Positions 56,691-58,093 of a stretch of DNA of 58,093 nucleotides are shown here, in pieces. A program made the position numbers and the translations under genes. Every line of letters begins with the position of its first letter. The stretch's first letter is position 1. Under the pieces are notes generated by a model, which saw nothing but the letters and a program-made list of their open reading frames with translations, was not told where the DNA came from and ran no database searches. Source of the DNA: an uncultured virus (IMG/VR IMGVR_UViG_3300043773_000315) (Duplodnaviria > Heunggongvirae > Uroviricota > Caudoviricetes); IMG/VR virus record IMGVR_UViG_3300043773_000315. One strand, written 5' to 3'.

Positions 56691-58093
56691 TATTCTGCTT
56701 CTACTGTAAGTTGAAGTGCAAAGGGATCACCTTCGTCATAACTGATAATACGATTGCGAAGAGGCGCGATGATTTCACCTTGAGACGGAATATTAAATGT
56801 CAGAACGTCAGCAGGATAAAAATCGTTCTCAACTAATGACTGAGCGTTGAATGATTCCAAGAAAATTTCACCTGTATCGTAATCAATAGTTCCAGCATTT
56901 GGATTGATTATAACCTTTTCGCCGTTTTGTTCATAATAGAATGTGCGTAGAACTCCAGTTCTAGCTTCTAGCATTGCCGTTGCTGTGGCCTCAGAACCGC
57001 CACCACCTTCAATGTATACGGTTGCGCGACTGTAGTTTGTACCTCTGTTTGTCACAGTGATTGTTGATATTCTTCCGTTCACAATCTTGGCTGTGGCTGT
57101 TGCACCGATACCATCACCACTTATTCTAATTGTGGGTGTAGATGTATAGTTTATTCCTGGATTTTCTATGACAATTTCTTCTACACCCGTAAACGACTCT
57201 GGCACTTCTTCGATATAAACGTTACGAAGAATGTTTGTCAAATCGTATACTTTTGCTTCTGGAAATGTAAACAACTTAGAGACGTAATCGCCTTTGCGAA
57301 GAGGAACGTTAAACTTTACACGAACGTTTTCTGATGTTCCAAGAGTTAATATATGTCTTTTTTGTAGATAGATTTGAATGTCTGATCCTGTGATAGAACG
57401 TTCAGCATTTTCCATGTAACTCTGCAACTTAGATTTACGGAAAACAGAATCAAATCTCTTTAGTTCAGCATTATTATAATCTGATATTGCTGCTTTTACA
57501 ATAGTTAGAATTTCATCTGCTGTGCGTGATGTCTTGCTTGGATTATACGTAATTTTGCCAATAATAGTGATATACTCATAATCAGGATCAATAATTTCTG
57601 GAATGATTGTTAATACATTTCTAGAACGAATCAGATTTTCCTTGATCTGCTCTTTTTGTAGAGTTGTCAGAACGTAGTTTGTTCTTGGCTTTAATGACAG
57701 GTAGACCTTGCCATATACGACTGGATCATTATCTTCACCGCCCCAGCAAGAGACCGCATCAATATAAGGAAAATCTCTAGTAATGATAGTCTCATAATCA
57801 TTCTTGGTCACTGCACGATTTTGTACTGTATAGTGATATGGCGCGCGGAAACGAATTTGTTCGATTGTTTCCTTATCTGCTGCGCCATATGATGGAGTCG
57901 TAGAACTGACAACAACGTCACTGCTATATTTTCCACCAACTCTATCGATGAATGAGAAACTGTTAATGGCATTAGCTACAGAACCAACACTGTCAAGATA
58001 AGTGATGTTGATAATAGAACCAATCTTTGGAGTCTTACCGATGATATTATCACCGAACTGAACCACATAGTTTGAGTCGGTATCTTCTTCTAT
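56690..58093 (-). CDS. gp6: Baseplate wedge subunit, 5' truncated by the window
   Basis: FGDNIIGK, ETIEQIRFRAP...QNRAVT..DY, WGGEDNDP..YGKVY, GTIDYDTG; frame open to the window edge. Confidence 0.93.
   Translation of the reverse strand: MEEDTDSNYVVQFGDNIIGKTPKIGSIINITYLDSVGSVANAINSFSFIDRVGGKYSSDVVVSSTTPSYGAADKETIEQIRFRAPYHYTVQNRAVTKNDYETIITRDFPYIDAVSCWGGEDNDPVVYGKVYLSLKPRTNYVLTTLQKEQIKENLIRSRNVLTIIPEIIDPDYEYITIIGKITYNPSKTSRTADEILTIVKAAISDYNNAELKRFDSVFRKSKLQSYMENAERSITGSDIQIYLQKRHILTLGTSENVRVKFNVPLRKGDYVSKLFTFPEAKVYDLTNILRNVYIEEVPESFTGVEEIVIENPGINYTSTPTIRISGDGIGATATAKIVNGRISTITVTNRGTNYSRATVYIEGGGGSEATATAMLEARTGVLRTFYYEQNGEKVIINPNAGTIDYDTGEIFLESFNAQSLVENDFYPADVLTFNIPSQGEIIAPLRNRIISYDEGDPFALQLTVEAE

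Noticed and set aside
1..58093. Stop-codon reassignment, introns, inteins, tRNAs, integrase or transposase
   Set aside because: Core genes translate at expected lengths in the standard code, intergenic gaps are short, and no such motifs were seen by eye; tRNAscan and Infernal were not run

Overview
A 58 kb segment of a large T4-like myophage genome, with gene order resembling T4-like cyanophages and Sinorhizobium phiM12-type phages. An alphaproteobacterial host is a weak inference only. Almost all genes are on the minus strand. In transcription order they are: baseplate wedge (gp6 partial, gp7, gp8); a two-part DUF4815/VrlC-like structural protein; several Ala/Asn-rich fibre proteins and an aromatic-repeat needle-like protein; a ~7 kb AT-rich island of glycosyltransferase, methyltransferase, 2OG-Fe(II) oxygenase and radical SAM genes; the neck, terminase, tail and head core (gp13-gp23, gp3) with an inserted ADP-ribosyltransferase and probable internal head proteins; uvsY, uvsW, gp55, gp47, gp46; a TET-associated-type glycosyltransferase with a small partner gene; a GC-richer early module (VWA/peptidase, MoxR ATPase, small wHTH); dNMP kinase, gp45 and a dsbA-like gene. 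T4-type late promoters (TATAAATA), sigma70 promoters and intrinsic terminators are visible. The best candidate for an undescribed system is a virion-decoration (glycosylation/hydroxylation) pathway. The enzyme island abuts a fibre protein whose repeats form a mirror-complementary 6/8-residue pattern around a Pro-rich tip, virion proteins appear enriched in small-residue-Asn motifs, and one carries a mucin-like Pro/Thr insert. A clean H-type pseudoknot in the leader of the wHTH gene is a second candidate. All assignments come from motif recognition by eye; no searches were run.
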